DNA of 64,000 nt from Octopus sinensis (GCF_006345805.1 NC_043009.1:65348001-65412000); one strand, 5' to 3'; positions 38,646 to 53,798 are shown, counted from the stretch's first letter. Program-made: numbers and translations. The notes: generated from the letters alone by a model not told the origin.

Positions 38646-38814
38646 TCTTTACTCATGAAATTATGTGATTAGTGCGCGTAAAAATACTACAAGAAACGTT
38701 ACAATTTAAGTTTTCACTAAAGTGCCATTAGTGGCACGAAGGCATCAAATGTATATTTGTTTAACTTTTGAAATAATGTAAAATAATTTAAAATAATCAA
38801 TATTTCATTATATA

Positions 38815-39716
38815 TTGGGTCACCACATAAATAATGCGGCTTTTTCAGTTGCATGAACTAAAAGTCGGAGGGGGACGGGATAAACAACCTGCATCATTTT
38901 GCTATAAAAGAAGTTAGTAATTTTACCTTGTACTTATTCTTAGTTCAAGGTTTGAAGAGTGCAGTGTGATTTTAACAGTTATTTTTTCAAAGCTATGATG
39001 GAAGTGACAAAGGAACATATTGGGCATATTTTGCTTTATGAGTTCAATAAAGGCAACAACGTAAGGGAAAGTGCTTGGAACATTAATGCAGCATATGGGG
39101 ACTGGACCATAAGTGTTAACCAGTGTCACCGGCACCCCAGGGTAAAGAAGGTCATCACCCACGTAAGGTATTGTTATCTCTTTGGTGGGATATGAAACGG
39201 TTAGTCCATCTTAGACTTTTAAATCCAAACCAAACGTTAACAAAGGAGATCCACTGTGAGCAGCTTGAGCGGTTTAAGACAGCACTGGAAGAAAAATGAC
39301 CATCTTTGGTTTCAAGATGAAAGGTGTTGAAAGGTGTTCATTCATCAGGATAATGCTCGGTCACATACTGTGAGGACCACATTCCAAAGGCTGGAGCAGT
39401 TTGAATGGGAAACGATGCCCCACCCACCATATTCGCCGGACATTGCCCCATTTGGTTATCATTTATTCCGCAGTCTTCAAAATGATTTGGACTGAAAATA
39501 TATGAATTCTGTAGACGAGGTCAGAATAATAATGGAGGAGTATTTTTCGTGACTGACAATTGAATTTTAGAAGAGAAGCCTTCACGTCTGGCAGATAGAT
39601 GGATGAGCATTGTAGAAAATGAAAGAGACTATATTTCATATTAAAAAAAACTTTATCTTAATCTTTAAAAAATTAAAGAAGTGTAAAAACACCGCATTAT
39701 TTATGGGCTGACCCAA
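38815..39716 (+). mobile_element. mariner (DD34D) element with an internal deletion, defective
   Basis: TA-flanked TIRs TTGGGTCACCACATAAATAATGCGG/CCGCATTATTTATGGGCTGACCCAA. MEVTKEHIGHILLYEFNKG N-terminus; FHQDNAR and HPPYSPDIAP motifs. The first catalytic-D region is deleted. Confidence 0.93.
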
Positions 39717-41335
39717 TATATCCCGAAAATATTTAATAAATCAAAAAATAGCCAATTGCTGTCTTGTGCTTAGTGGGGTTTTCTAATTTTAAAATATCAA
39801 TTTCAATGTTTGACAATGAAAAGCCGAAACATCTTAATTTCTGTATCTGCAATCAACGCCATCGCTTAGCTTTGCAATTCTGCTAAACTGTTTTTCAGTC
39901 AGGAAGGAAATGTCAACAACCTTATTCCTTGTAAAAGATAAGAATATTTGATTTGGTATATCGCTGATGATCCAAGTACCCACTCATATTATAATCTCTG
40001 CAAAGAAGATTTTGAAGATGTGTTTTAAATATAAGCAGCATCTTTAGTTTAAATGTTTATTTCTAAGGAAATCAGGCCCTCTAAGCATCCAACATTCCCA
40101 ATGAAGGCTGTCTGGCATTTAGAACACCCAAGTGAGTACTACCTTCTCGCTTAAAAATCACTGCATTATACAGTGATTAAACTTTCTAGAAATAAGAGCA
40201 AAGTTTTCTTTAGATCGCACCCTGCTGGCTTAAAAACACATGGGTCGATATAGGGCTAAATATACCATACCCGTGAAAACAAAAACAACGGGTGTGTCAA
40301 AACTTGTATGATTTTTGATCAGAGGACTACGTAAACATAGGTGACCTGTGGTTAAAAAACAGTTTCCGGTGATATAAGTATTTTAAAGTCTGAGATTACA
40401 AATCTACACTATAAACGTTAGATTTTTTAAAACCCATATTAACCCACTGTCCTTGTTTGAGGACAGTCGTATTTGGTTTATTCACTGCAAAAAAGGTTAA
40501 CTGGACGCTTCCGTATGCTTGTTATCCTTATTTATATAACTACCCTCAAAATTTCGACAGGGTTAACCTGGGTTAAAATGGATAAAAGAAAAACATATTA
40601 TTGTAGAACATTCCATTTGATAGACTTTGGTAACTGTAGCTTGGTTGCTGCATTCGTCGAACGATTCCTTTGGAAATACTTGTTCTGAGTTCAAATGTGG
40701 AATAAAAATAAGGGACTATTTTAGAGCATCGAAGAACTGGCCAACTCTTGGATGGCTCGGAATATTACATCCAATACTCATTGCAGAGGGATTAACAGGT
40801 TCAAAAATCAGAGTTTACAAATCTACCAAATCTTTTATTATTTTTGAATCGTCGCAATAACAAAGAGAGAAGAAGAATGAATTTTTACAAGATGGCTTTC
40901 TCAAGGTTCAGCGAATTCTAAATTACTGCGGTCATCGAAATATTCTGTAGATTATTCGACACACAAACACAGAAATATTCAGGTTTTCAGTTTACGATTA
41001 TAAGATTTCAGCATACACACACACACACGCACACCTCTTGCTTTTTTCTATCTCTTTCTGTGTGCGTGTATATATGTAGGTGGGTGTGAATGTACGTTTT
41101 ATATACATACACGCATATATATATATACACATGCACACACACACCTATATATGTGTGTGTTTATATATATGTTTATATGTGTGTACATATATATATAATT
41201 CTAATACATATATCTATATATAAATGGGTGTATGTATATATATGACATATTTCTTCACAGACCCACTCGCACACATAAATATATTTATACATAAACGCAA
41301 ATATATGCATGTATCTGCGTGTATGTATTCATATC

Positions 41336-41453
<118 letters not shown>

Positions 41454-41460
41454 ATATATA

Positions 41461-41492
<32 letters not shown>

Positions 41493-41493
41493 G

Positions 41494-41538
<45 letters not shown>

Positions 41539-41547
41539 TATATATAT

Positions 41548-41584
<37 letters not shown>

Positions 41585-41585
41585 G

Positions 41586-41647
<62 letters not shown>

Positions 41648-42605
41648 ATAGGTGTGTGTGTGTGTGGTGTGTGTGTGTGTGTGTGTGTATCTATGTGTGC
41701 GTGTGTGTATGTATGTTCTTCGAGAAGAGATAGTGGAGGTAGGAAATTAATCTGATTCCCAATTATCGATTTTTTTAACAATTACGTAGTTAATTCTAAC
41801 TTTTTCTTTCTTTTTCTCTTTCTTTTTTCCTTTTTTTTTATTTTTTCAAAATATGTGGTTAATTTTATTTCTGAAGTGATAATTGCAGTAATTGCTTTTT
41901 CTATGACTGGCAATGTAAACAGCAAGAATTACCAAAAAGTAAAACGAAATAAAAACTAGAACTGTTGCAACAATTACAACTAGAAAAAGGCGAACCCGAC
42001 TAATAACCACAACAACAGAAACAAGCGAAGATACTGAGAATTAACGGCAGTTTGTGACATTATTTTTGCAGACATCCTGGTGTTGTTTTGCAGATTTAAA
42101 TGATACTGAACGCATACATTCGTGACACATGGTGCTGGTTTGATGTGTTGAAAATCCATGGCATGCTGGGATTTAATGTGAATTTGTTAATCAAAAGTAG
42201 AAGACGCCAAAACAACCGACAGCAAACGAGAATAGTGAAATATAATAATAATAATAATAATAAAAGACAATACTACACTACAGTCGTAACATAGTGGAGA
42301 TTTAATTCATTTCGTGTATGAAAAATTGAAATAATAATGAGGATTTCTATCAAAGGAACAAGGAACCTTCTTTTTTTTTTTTGCGAGAAAATTGTCGATT
42401 AAATCACTTTTAGTATTTGACTACGGGTAATTTTATCGACCCCCAGCGCAAGAAAATACTATTTACTTCGACAAAATTTCAATATAGAGAAACGGAAGCT
42501 AAAACGAATGGCTTCAATACATTCGGTTCATCGCTTTACCGTAGCTCTCAATCCAACATTTCTTCTTCTTCTTCTTCTTCTTCTTCTTCTTCTTCTCTTC
42601 TTCTT

Positions 42606-42636
<31 letters not shown>

Positions 42637-42648
42637 TTATTATTATTA

Positions 42649-42688
<40 letters not shown>

Positions 42689-43664
42689 GAGTGAGAGAAC
42701 AATGCATGTCATCCACGTGACACTGGGATACAAATATACAAAGCCCAATATACCCATTGCAGTCGATGAAAAAGTACCAGTTGAGTAACTGAGGGCGATG
42801 CAGTCGACTTAACCCGTCTTCCAAAATTTAGGTCTTGAACCTATGATAGAAAACATCCTTATTATTATTTCGGTTTTCTATCAGTAAGATGCTCTCTGTT
42901 CCCGCTGCTTTCAATTTTATTATTTTCTTCAACTGTTTTCGAGGAGAACTACTGTGAAAAGTTTGTACTCTGGAGGTACAGAACTGACCCGGAGAAACTG
43001 TTGAGTTACCATATTTTGTAGCCCATTTAAGCAGAATTCGTTAATTGCTTTTTTGAAAGTTGTACATTTAAAACAGAAATCTAAACAAAGAGTCAATATT
43101 TTCAACAGAAGAACGGAGGGAAGATGGTTCTTGGAACAGCTGCCCTTCCAATCTTAATGGATTGAAGCCAAAACAACAGCAACAGTAACCATATCAACAT
43201 CAACACCACCAATTCGAGAACAGCAATCAGATTTTTCTGTCTCGTGGTCATGACGGAAGATTATGCAGAGTACGAGACTGAAATACCTGTAGACAGACAT
43301 TTTCTTCTATGGCCAGCCAGCTGAAAAGAAAAGTAAAGGTGGGGAGGGAGATGCCTCTCCCTAGTAAATTCTTTGAAAGGCGAGTGAGAAGAGCAGCAAA
43401 TATGTTGTATGCGCATACTGCCTGCCGTTGAGGATCAGGATCTTTAAAGCTTTCGGGATTTGTTTCTAAGTAGCCACTGGGGTTTCGTTTATCTTTGTTA
43501 TCACTGTTTACACCCCAGGTATCCCCTCCATGTTCTGCGCCTACATGTATATACATGTATCATTACGTAGATTTGGATAAAGAGAGAATATTGAAGTTTC
43601 GAATGAAAATCTTTGCACAAAAATTTCATTTCGCTAATATAGACGCAGTCGTAGGTTTGAGTTT

Positions 43665-44040
43665 AGAAGTTGGTCTCGCAACCACATGGTCTCGGTTTCA
43701 GTCCCATTGCATGGAACCTTGGACAGGTGTCTTGTAATATATCCACGGGCCAACTAAACTCTCTTGAGTGGATTTGGTAGACGAAAATTGAAAATTCCTG
43801 ACGTATATGTGTATGTGTATGTGGGTGTGTGTGTCTTTATGTCTCTGTTTCTCTCTCACTAGAGCTTGACAACCGGTGTTGGTTTGATTAAGTCCCTGAT
43901 TCTTAGCGGTCCGGCAAAAGCTCTCGATAGGATAAAAGAAAAGCACATGGGTTGATTTGCATGACAAATATTCCTTCAGGAGAGTGCCCCCGCATGGCCG
44001 CAGTCTAATAAATGAAACAAGTAAAAGATAAAATACAAAT
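43665..44040 (+). mobile_element. SINE, GCGTGGCTG family, near full length, degenerate
   Basis: CACATGGTCTCGGTTTCAGTCCCATTGC...GAGTGGATTTGGTAGACG...TTAGCGGTCCGGCAAAAG...GCATGGCCGCAGTC...GTAAAAGATAAAA. Confidence 0.75.
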
Positions 44041-44533
44041 GATGGACCATCCATAGATTCTTCAGACTGAGACCATCGCCACAGTTCTTCAACTTTGATT
44101 TACTGATTCCTCACATAATTATTCTGGAATGGTCTGACAGTCTTTCATTTATATCATTAGACGCCTTTCTCTATGTTCCCAATGTTGGTAGAAATGTTAG
44201 AGTGTCGGGGTGAGTGAGAATGTTTAACATTTCTTATTCCGGCTCCTTAAATTCCAAGTTCAAATACCATTTAAGGTTAAATTTGTTGTCATTTTTGTCG
44301 ATCAAATGCTGGTGACAGGTTCGATATAAATAAAGTACCAGAAAAGCACAGGCGTCGTTATTATTAATCAACCTCAATCAAAGTTGCTAAACTTTTGTTT
44401 AAATAGGAAACATTCTTACCTTTAAGTTTCTTTTCGTGTTCTCATGATTGTTGCAGTTGTGAGACTTAAATTAGTATTTATTGAGTAGATTTATGATCAA
44501 CAGCATTCCAAATGTGACCGTCTTGTCTTTTCA

Positions 44534-44647
<114 letters not shown>

Positions 44648-44718
44648 CACACACATTAGCTTGCAGCTGTTTCTACTACGAGACGTACTGCACTCATAGA
44701 TGATGGGTGTGTGTGTGC

Positions 44719-44759
<41 letters not shown>

Positions 44760-45329
44760 TATTCCCCTGTTCCCCTTTGTTTTTCAGTAAGAGCTTATTC
44801 TGTGATTTAAGGTCGATTGTTGCTGCTATTTCTAGCAGATCGGCCAGTGCTGTTTCTCTAACCATTTACTAAAATCAGCATTAAACTGCTTTCAGTTTAA
44901 CATTATACATTAACAATGGGAAATTAAACTGAAATGACATGAGTGCGGGTAACCTCGGTAAAGAGAGGCCGGATTGCGTTCCTTCTTGTTTTGTTTTTTT
45001 GCGGATGTGGGTTATAATTCTTGCGTTCCAAATATTTATAAATGACGTAGACGCAGTAAAGAAAAGCGAAATAATAAGCACAAAATGCCAAATGAATAAC
45101 AATTAAAATAATAATTAAATATTTAAAGATCTGCGTGAAGATTTGTAATTAGAACAACAATGATTAACTGCATAAGAAATTTACCAAATTTACAAAATTG
45201 AGTAAGGAAGATAAATTTTTTCCAGCTCTATGAAATTTACCCCGCTCCTCCATCAAAAAAGATAACAACAATAAGAATAATGTTTTAGGGGATAATTTCG
45301 GAGGAAAACATATAAAGATGATGAGTAAA

Positions 45330-45403
<74 letters not shown>

Positions 45404-45642
45404 ACATATGTCCCTAGATGCAGTTCCGACGGCCGGGGGTGTTTGTCTCCCCTTCGTATATGTATATAAGGACACAGGGAAAAAATGTGTCGAAGCTGTC
45501 AGGAGGCGTTCGATGCCTCCTAGGGCTATACAACGGTGGTGTACCCCCTACTGTCACGTTCTTGTTAGATTGACAGTATACAACCGTTCTATCGCCCCAC
45601 CACCGTACATGTCTCTACGAGAGATTTAGAAATTCAATATTT

Positions 45643-45680
<38 letters not shown>

Positions 45681-45744
45681 AGTTTCAGCTCATGGCTGTG
45701 ACCATGCTGGAGCACCGCGTTTTGCTACACTGTTATTACTGAGA

Positions 45745-46010
45745 TGCTCCTCAAATATGTGGTATTTGGAGTAGAATAGAGTTTGATGTAGCTACCCTCA
45801 TTTGCACCTCTTGCCGTAAGGTAGGTTCATCTGGGACTCTCGACAGGAAGAAGTCCAGCCTTGATTTAAAAATGCTTACATCTACTTTGTGCAGATTCCT
45901 CAGGCTCTTTGGGAGAATATTAAAAAGCTGTGGGTCCATTAAACTCAGGCTGTCGCTTCTAGATTGAATGCATATGATCGAATGTTTATAATTTTGCTTC
46001 GCAATCACGA
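45745..46010 (-). mobile_element. CR1-like LINE ORF2 C-terminal / 3' end fragment
   Basis: PQLFNILPKSLRNL...FKSRLDFFLSRVPDEP...ATSNSI is typical of the post-RT tail of CR1-group LINEs (clade assignment from recall). Confidence 0.65.
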
Positions 46011-48099
46011 TTTGTTGTTTTCGATCTTTCAGCGTGAAATTTGGGTCAACTGTCTTTCATCGTATCTTGGAATCGCATCAACCCCTGTGAAAGAAATTGT
46101 GCAGACAGCACCGTGCGCGTGTTCATTGGATCAACAGTCGTCAAAATCCAAAGACCCAGCCTTCCAAACACCGTACCAACATGGGCTTCACCTGAAGTTT
46201 CTACCTGAAGGCTGCAGTTGTATGTGTATGCAATCCTCAACCATTTACCTGTTAATTCAATTGAGCAGGTATGTCAATTGATTAGTAGTAACAGATGCAG
46301 ACCATTTCTTTGCACTTTCTAGAATCCTTTACCAGGTCATCAGGTCACTTGTTGTACCTCCAGTCAGCTCTGATCCTTTGTTGTATAATTATTGTCCACT
46401 TTGATACAGCAGATCTGTGTAGAAAGCATTCTATCCATGGCCACCCCGTCTTGTTTTCAGATAACCTTCCCAGCGCCATATTTTCTTATGCCATTCCTTT
46501 TACAGCTTTTGTGGAATATATTTCGTAAGAGAGCAGAGCTGTTATGTTTTCCAAGAGCGACTATACAAAAACTTACTACCTCCGCCTTAATGGTGCTGAG
46601 TTGGTAGACAAATGAGTGCGTGGGACAAAATACTTCGACAGAATTTTTCTGACTCTTTACGTCTCATTTCAAATCCCACCGAGGCCAGCTTTGCCTTTCG
46701 GAATTGATAGAATAATTATCAGACACGTATGCTTGGAGAAACCTGCCAATTGGGCGATTAATGTAAATTATATAGAATAAGGAAATGCTCTTAAGCATAT
46801 ACCTGATAATTACTTTATCGAAATTTAGATAGACCAGAGGCAGCAGAGAATTGGCTGAATCGTTGGAGAATCATCGGATCGAATATCTTCTAGTAGTGTT
46901 TCAGGTAATTATGTTAGGAGATCGAATACCAGCGAGGTCAACCTTGCATTTCAGCCTTTTCGGGGCAATAAACGAAACACTGTACTGATATCAATTTCAT
47001 TTCGGAATCAGCCATCTTGCGACGTGGTAAGACTGACAGAAGGCACCCACAGTGTCACTTCGTCAGAAAGAGAAAAATGTTGAAGAGAGTCCTGCGAATT
47101 TGTTCTCGCTGAAAAACTGAAACGGGCAACGGTGTGTTGATGAGTAACACGGTACAAATCGGGGAAACTAGATTAGACGCAGATACAGGCAGATTAGGAG
47201 CACAAACAGAATACTGCCATTCGACCGTTTCAGCCACTGTATCATTCATGAATATATGTATTCTTTTAAACTGAGGAAGGTTAATAATGGCCCAGAAGTC
47301 TTTTAGGGTCTCTTCATCTGATGGAAGGTAAAGAAGAAACCCAGATTAACGATCTCCGTCCAGAGAAGGGACTTGGTCTGAATGTTTTGCAGGTTCAGCC
47401 GATGGCAGACAATGAAAGCATAGTGGTCTTAACCTCGATGATGGATTGTAGAGTGCATCTGACGAACTCCCACACAATCCGCCACTCCCATTTCACTGAC
47501 ATGGCTCTGATGACCTGCAATACGTGACAGAAGACCCTTCACTAAAATTTTGTGAAGTGGAATCGAACCTGGTAACTAGACTCTTAAGTACGCAACCATA
47601 CCTGATCTTTAAGTAGCTTAATTTATTTCATTGTAAATATTTCTTCTAATTTTTAACATTTCTGTTTCTATAGAAACGGAAATGTCGCTGTAGGAATGGC
47701 TCGCTTTCCCATATGTGATGTTAATTATTTTAAATGGCCAAGAAAGTGTTTGTCGTAAAGGTTAATTAGAAACATTTCAATTTTCATATCTTAATCGCTT
47801 GCTAATTAACCTTTGTTGGTCACCAGAATTAGTTTATATTCTACATTGCCTGGAAAATATACCCGTACCTTTAGTAGAATTGTTTTTATCCTCCTCCTCC
47901 ACATCATCATCATCATCATTGGCTCTTTAGAAACATAATTCAAATTCCAGCGACGCCGACTTTGCCTCTCAAACATTTGAGATCGATAAAATAAATGCTA
48001 GATGAGCACTGGGGGTGATGTAATTATTTTACCCCTTCCGCTAAGTTTTTTGGCCCTTTGCGAAAACTTTGAAAGCAATTTTATTATTACTATTAAGAA

Positions 48100-48290
48100 A
48101 GTAGCGAGCTAGCAGAACCGTTAGGGTGATGAACATAAGTGCTTAGCGCCATGCTTTCTGGCTCTTTTCGTTTTGAGTTCAAACTGCGTCAAGGTCGACA
48201 TTGCCCTTCATCGTATCGGGGTCCATAAAACATGAATCATTTGGGCAAGGGTCAATATGATGGCCTTGTGTCAAAATTTGAAACGATTAA
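48100..48290 (+). mobile_element. SINE, GGTGAGCTGG family, degenerate
   Basis: GCGAGCTAGCAGAACCGTTAG...GAGTTCAAACTGCG...GCCCTTCATCG. Another fragment lies at ~47930-48075. Confidence 0.65.
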
Positions 48291-48479
48291 TATTGTCCTT
48301 TTTGGTGTGGCTGGTATTGCTGTTGTTCTTCCTGTCGCCAATGGTCAATTTGGCCCCATGACCACTAGATTCTTATCTCCCCTTTCTGCGTATGCATGAC
48401 CGTGATTTCGAATGCGAACGATCTGCCCATAGGGGAATGAGAGGCTGTGGCCTCGACCGTTAAAGATTTTATTCAGCCC

Positions 48480-49085
48480 ATCCTAATACGCTTCGGCCCT
48501 ACTTTAAGCTCAATCTCATCTAGTGCTGTGAGGAAGTGGTTGTCTTCAGGAGTTCTTTTATCTGCGGACTTATGAATACGTCCTCCTTCAGTTTTGCCAC
48601 GGTGATTTTTGGAAATTTGGCCTTCATTTATTCAAAACCTTTTGAGCTTTTCCTGGCAAATGTCTTCACGAATTGTTTCATGAGGCCAAGCTTTATGTGA
48701 AGAGAAGGAAGAAGAACATTCTCTGGGTTTAAAAGTGGTTTACTCTGGACGCTACAAACTGCCGACTCATATGATTTTCACAAACTCTGACTGTCCCATA
48801 GGCATAAAAAACAACAATATTTCGTGAACCCAGATTGCATTCCCATCAACATTCCAATCACCTTCAAGTCTCCACGTATTTTCCAACTGTAGTTTGTATA
48901 CTTTATGGCATTGAGGAGTCCTTGCATGTTTTCATAATATTCCTTCATGTGCACTGAATGTCCTATGGGTATGGATGGTTTCTTATTGCCGTTGTGTAGT
49001 AATACTGCCTTGAGGCCTCTCTTAGATGAATCAATGAATAAACGCCATTCAGCTGGAACACGTTCTTGGAACAAACAACAAAATA
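48480..49085 (-). mobile_element. DNA transposase remnant, Chapaev/CMC-like
   Basis: WRLFIDSSKRGLKAVLLHNGNKKPSIPIGHS...GDLKV...GFTKYCCFLCLWDS, then after a frameshift LPSLHIKLGLMKQFVK...KFPKITVAKLKEDVF. Superfamily assignment is from recall of this motif set. Confidence 0.7.
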
Positions 49086-51664
49086 ACTCATCAGTGTTAT
49101 TACTGAAACAAAGTGGTCCGTCAACAGGGCCAGTATAATTTGTGGATCGTCAATGCCGTTTCAAAACACACCTTACAAGCGTAATAGCATTACGGAAACA
49201 ACAGGGGAAAGCCCCACTATTCTAGATATTATACGTATACATACATACATACATTAGTATAATATACATGTATGTATGTATGTATGTATGTATGTATCTC
49301 AACATGAAACAACTGTTAGTCTGGTTACCACACGAATAAAGAGTACCTATCTTTCAATGCATTGTTCAGCATTCCTTGTCACGGTGCAATATTAACGTGT
49401 GTGTATATATATATATGTGTGTGTGTGTGTTAGTTCATGCATATATATATCTGTATGTATACACATATACATATATATGTGTATAATATATGTGTGTGTT
49501 CATGTATATGTGTGTGTGTATGTATGTGTGTGCGTGTTTGGGTGTATGAATTTATAGGATACTTGCGTACCTTTTTTGTGTATAGCAGTTCTGCAGAAAT
49601 AGTAATATGCCTCATGGCACATGTGCCACGACCTAAACATTATATTTTCAAATATCGCAGAGTTAACACACGATTTGTGTATGTAGATAATACGTGTTAT
49701 TTTATGTTAATATCAGTATGTATGCCTATAACTGTATTGTCAATATTATCTCTAGTGTGTATGTACATATATCTTTGTGTGTGAGTGTGAGAAGAGAGAG
49801 AGTGTGTGTATGTGTGGGAGTGTTTGGTGGATATCTATATGCGGGCGTATGTGTGAGCGTGTGGAAGCCTCTGTGTACGTGAGCTTATGGATGTAGCTGG
49901 GCGTGGGGACCTGGTAATCAGTAGAAAAACCACTGAAGTGATATCTATGAGAGAAATTATCAAACATACATCATAACTAGATATTTCGAATTCCCAATGG
50001 GGTATCATTAGCCTTCGTCTACCTAGAGGGTGGTAAGGATCGATAAATACATAAGTGCTATGAGGATGGCTTGTACAACAGAGTGTCCGTGGCGGTGGAG
50101 GGTGGAACGATGTGCACCAAGTGCTGTTGTGGGAGTTCGCTTCCGTTTGTAGGGTGTGGTGTTGTTATCGGGAGGACTTTATCTTCACTGATCTCCCTGA
50201 TGATATAGACAACTGAACAAAGACGAGAGCCCTAATGAAAAGGTTAGCTATAATATCCGAGTTATTTGATGACATCTTGCCAAAAGACATCCTGCAAACA
50301 CAGCCGATCTGGTGCCAGATCTATGGATTTTCTATGGATCTTCACTCGGTCAACTGAGAAGGGAATTCTCTAGTCACTGATGACGATGATTTACATTAAA
50401 ATTGAACATTCTCTTAAGTATATAATTACATACAAAATTATATATATATATATATATATACGTACATATATGGGCGTGTTTGTATATAGATGTTTGTATA
50501 TTCTAATTTACTTATATATCATATATATTATTGTGCGTATATGTACATTATGTATTACACACAATCGGACTCCCACGCCACCGTGCATACAAACACCCCC
50601 ACAATCACAAACACACACCATTCAAAGCTGTGTTGGCTCGGGGTGCTACTCCGAGTGGCGAATTAACCAAGTTCCTTTTTGAACAAATTTTATTTCACCT
50701 TCTTTAAAAGTAGGTAGCTTTTCTTTGGCTTAATCGCGCTGCATAACGCCATATCACCACCTATTCACACACATGCATACACATACTACATATGCAAAAA
50801 GATTTGTATCCACACACACGTTTCAAATAAAATGGCATGCCTCGGAATACTGTTTTACATCTATTATGTATATTTATTAGATATTATATTTGTTCGATTA
50901 AGTATGCATAATTAATGTTTTGCAGCATTTTGAAGTATGCTTTTCCATTCGAAACGTATGTAGCAGATTAAATCATGAACAATCTTCATACTTTTGTGTT
51001 TTTCCTGTTATGCTCTGTGAGTATATACTAAATTTATACTGAATGCATAATATAAGAAATTTTGTCTGACGCTTTAGTTTAGTTAAGAGCAAAGAGCGTC
51101 TGGCAGGGCTTTCTGAATGGCACAACGAAGAAAGAGGTTACCTGAATTTTTTTATGAGTGCGGCCCGCCTGGTGATATGTTATGACTTATGCAGTCTTCT
51201 CGAAAACGTTTGCTCATGAATTCGGTCCATTAAATTATATCCTGTCCACTGACGGGATATACATACATGTACACATACATACATACATACATGCATACAC
51301 ACACTCACACATTCACGCACGTGTATACTTTCATATACTTATACACACTCAAACTTACATACACATAGTTATGCACAACTGCATACATATATGCACAAAT
51401 GTTTATGCGTGTGTGTGTGTATAGAAGCATATATACGTGTGTATGTTTGCTTTCGAGTTACTAGGAATACTTTTATTCATATAATTTCCAAAGTTTTGCT
51501 CGGACAGAGAGAAGAGGCTATGGAAGAAGATAGCCACCCAAACCGCAAATACACACATACATAAATCACTACAAACAAGCAAAGGCATATATGTGTATGA
51601 GTGTGTGTGTGTGTGTGTGTGTGGTGTGTGTGTGTGTGTGTGTGTGTGTTTGCATGCATTTATA

Positions 51665-52030
51665 TAAATGGTGGCTCTCCGTCATTTATGACGAGGAGGG
51701 CTCCAGTTGATACGACCACAGGAACAGCCAGTTCGTGAAATTAACGGGCAACTGGCTGAGCACTCCACAGACACGTGTCCCCTTAACGTAGTTCTCGGGG
51801 AGATTCAGCGTGACACAAATTGTGACAAGGCTGGCCCCTTTGAAATACAGGTACAACAGAAACAGGAAGAAAGAGTGAGAGAAAGTTGTGGTGAAAGAGT
51901 ACAGCAGGGTTCGCCACCACGCGGGGCTTTAGGCGTTTTCACTCAATAAATACTCACAACGCCCGGTTTGGGAATCGAAACCGCGATCCTACAACCTCGA
52001 GTCCGCTGTCCTAACCACTGGGCTATTGCG
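51665..52030 (-). mobile_element. tRNA-derived SINE, third family
   Basis: Minus-strand head GCAATAGCCCAGTGGTTAGGACAGCGGAC...GGTTTCGATTCCC with A and B boxes. Confidence 0.7.
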
Positions 52031-52554
52031 TTATATAAACTTACACGTATACACGTATATATCGACATACACACAGACATTTCTATTTCTATGCGTGCGT
52101 GTGTGTTTAAACAAACCAACAAAATAACTACCTGTTCTAACGCGATCGGAATACCAAAATGGTCGCATATGTAGGTGTGTAAGGAGTATGGACGAGGTGG
52201 TAAGAAGAGGGCCGCTGATAGCTTTGGATGCCGGGTATGTAACGGGTGTTGTTGTTGCTGATGATGCTGGTTGGGGTGGCGTAGGGGTGTTGTATTGTTG
52301 TTTGTTTTCTGTGCAACAAGCAACCACACATTAAAAATGTATCTTAATTTTCACAAGAGCTTTTAACGCTCCGGGGGTGGCAGAAAAATGTTTAGAAGCG
52401 GGAATATAACAGGCATTGATATTGTTAGAAAGCAACGAATAATTATTGCTTGAAATATAATGAAAACAAAAAACAAATAAACAAATGAATAAATAAATAA
52501 ATAATTCTACTCCATAAAATAAACGTACAAAAGCAAGCATTGCTTGACTTGGAA

Positions 52555-52633
52555 GATGATTATGATGATGATGATGATGATGACGATGATGGTGATGATG
52601 ATGATGATGATGACGATGATGATGATGATGATG

Positions 52634-52673
<40 letters not shown>

Positions 52674-52689
52674 CGATGATGATGACGAC

Positions 52690-52721
<32 letters not shown>

Positions 52722-52812
52722 CGACGACGACAATGATGATGATGACGACGATGATGATGATGACGACGACGACGACGACGATGATGATGATGATCATGAC
52801 GACGACGATGTT
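52555..52812. repeat. (GAT/GAC)n microsatellite
   Basis: Direct reading; source of the poly-D/M/H pseudo-ORFs. Confidence 0.95.
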
Positions 52813-53392
52813 TCATGTCGTCGGTGACACTGACGATGATGAGGATGTGGAAAAGGAAGAGGAGGATGTCGAAGTGGCATGGTTGTTGATGCTCGTGTTG
52901 GTAACGACTAACAGAAGTAAAAGCGAATGGAAGGTGCAGTAGCGGTGAGAGGAGAGAATTGTGGGGAGGAGAAGGAGGAGGAGGAGGAGGAGATAGAGTA
53001 AGGAATGGTGGCGTGGAGAAGAAGTAAAGAACACAAGAAATATGGCTGATCATTGATATCCTTCGTCTCTGATGTGTGACCAGACACAACAGCTGATAAA
53101 TCAAACAAAAAACACGAAAAAATGCCATTGCCAACACCACAACACACACGCATAGAAGCATACATGCACATTCACACACACACACATACAGATACACACA
53201 CGCACACACACACACACACACACATATATGCAGCTACAGACATACTCATATATGTGACAATATACAGACAAATGTGTGCGCATTGACATACAGCCATACA
53301 CACACTCATACAAGTATACACGAATACGAATACACAAACATATACATAAATACGTCCACATTAAAATACACACACAGATTCACTCACACACT

Positions 53393-53423
<31 letters not shown>

Positions 53424-53439
53424 CTTTTATCGTTTATCT

Positions 53440-53635
53440 TCAGGTTTTCAGACATTAGACTGCGGCCATGCTGGGGCAGCAGCTTGAAGAATTTTAGTCG
53501 AATGGATCGATCCCAGTACTTTATTTTAAAGCCTGATACTTATTCTGTCGCTCTCATTTTGCCGAACCACTAAGTTATGCGGTTGTAAACAAGCCAACAC
53601 CGTTTGTCAAGCGCTGGTGGGAGCAGAGACAAACA
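53440..53635 (-). mobile_element. SINE 3' half (GCGTGGCTG family)
   Basis: GACTGCGGCCATGCTGG...TTTTGCCGAACC...CAACACCG...TGTCAAGC. Confidence 0.7.
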
Positions 53636-53637
53636 CA

Positions 53638-53655
53638 GCTATCTATCTATCTATC

Positions 53656-53740
<85 letters not shown>

Positions 53741-53751
53741 ATCTCTGTCTG

Positions 53752-53798
<47 letters not shown>

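Noticed and set aside
50290-50370. Possible GIY-YIG remnant (IWCQIYG / FYGSSLGQLRREF) as an autonomous PLE partner
   Set aside because: It needs a frameshift and matches only loosely, so it is not supportable by eye.
51955-52030. tRNA gene candidate on the minus strand
   Set aside because: It has A and B boxes but no full cloverleaf and continues into a repeat body, so it is a SINE head.
52331-53221. 296 aa His/Arg-rich ORF and possible splice acceptors (CTTTTACTTCTGTTAG, GATTTATCAG) on the minus strand
   Set aside because: The length comes from (CAT/CGT)n and (TG)n microsatellites. There is no recognisable domain, no matching donor, and no preferred frame.
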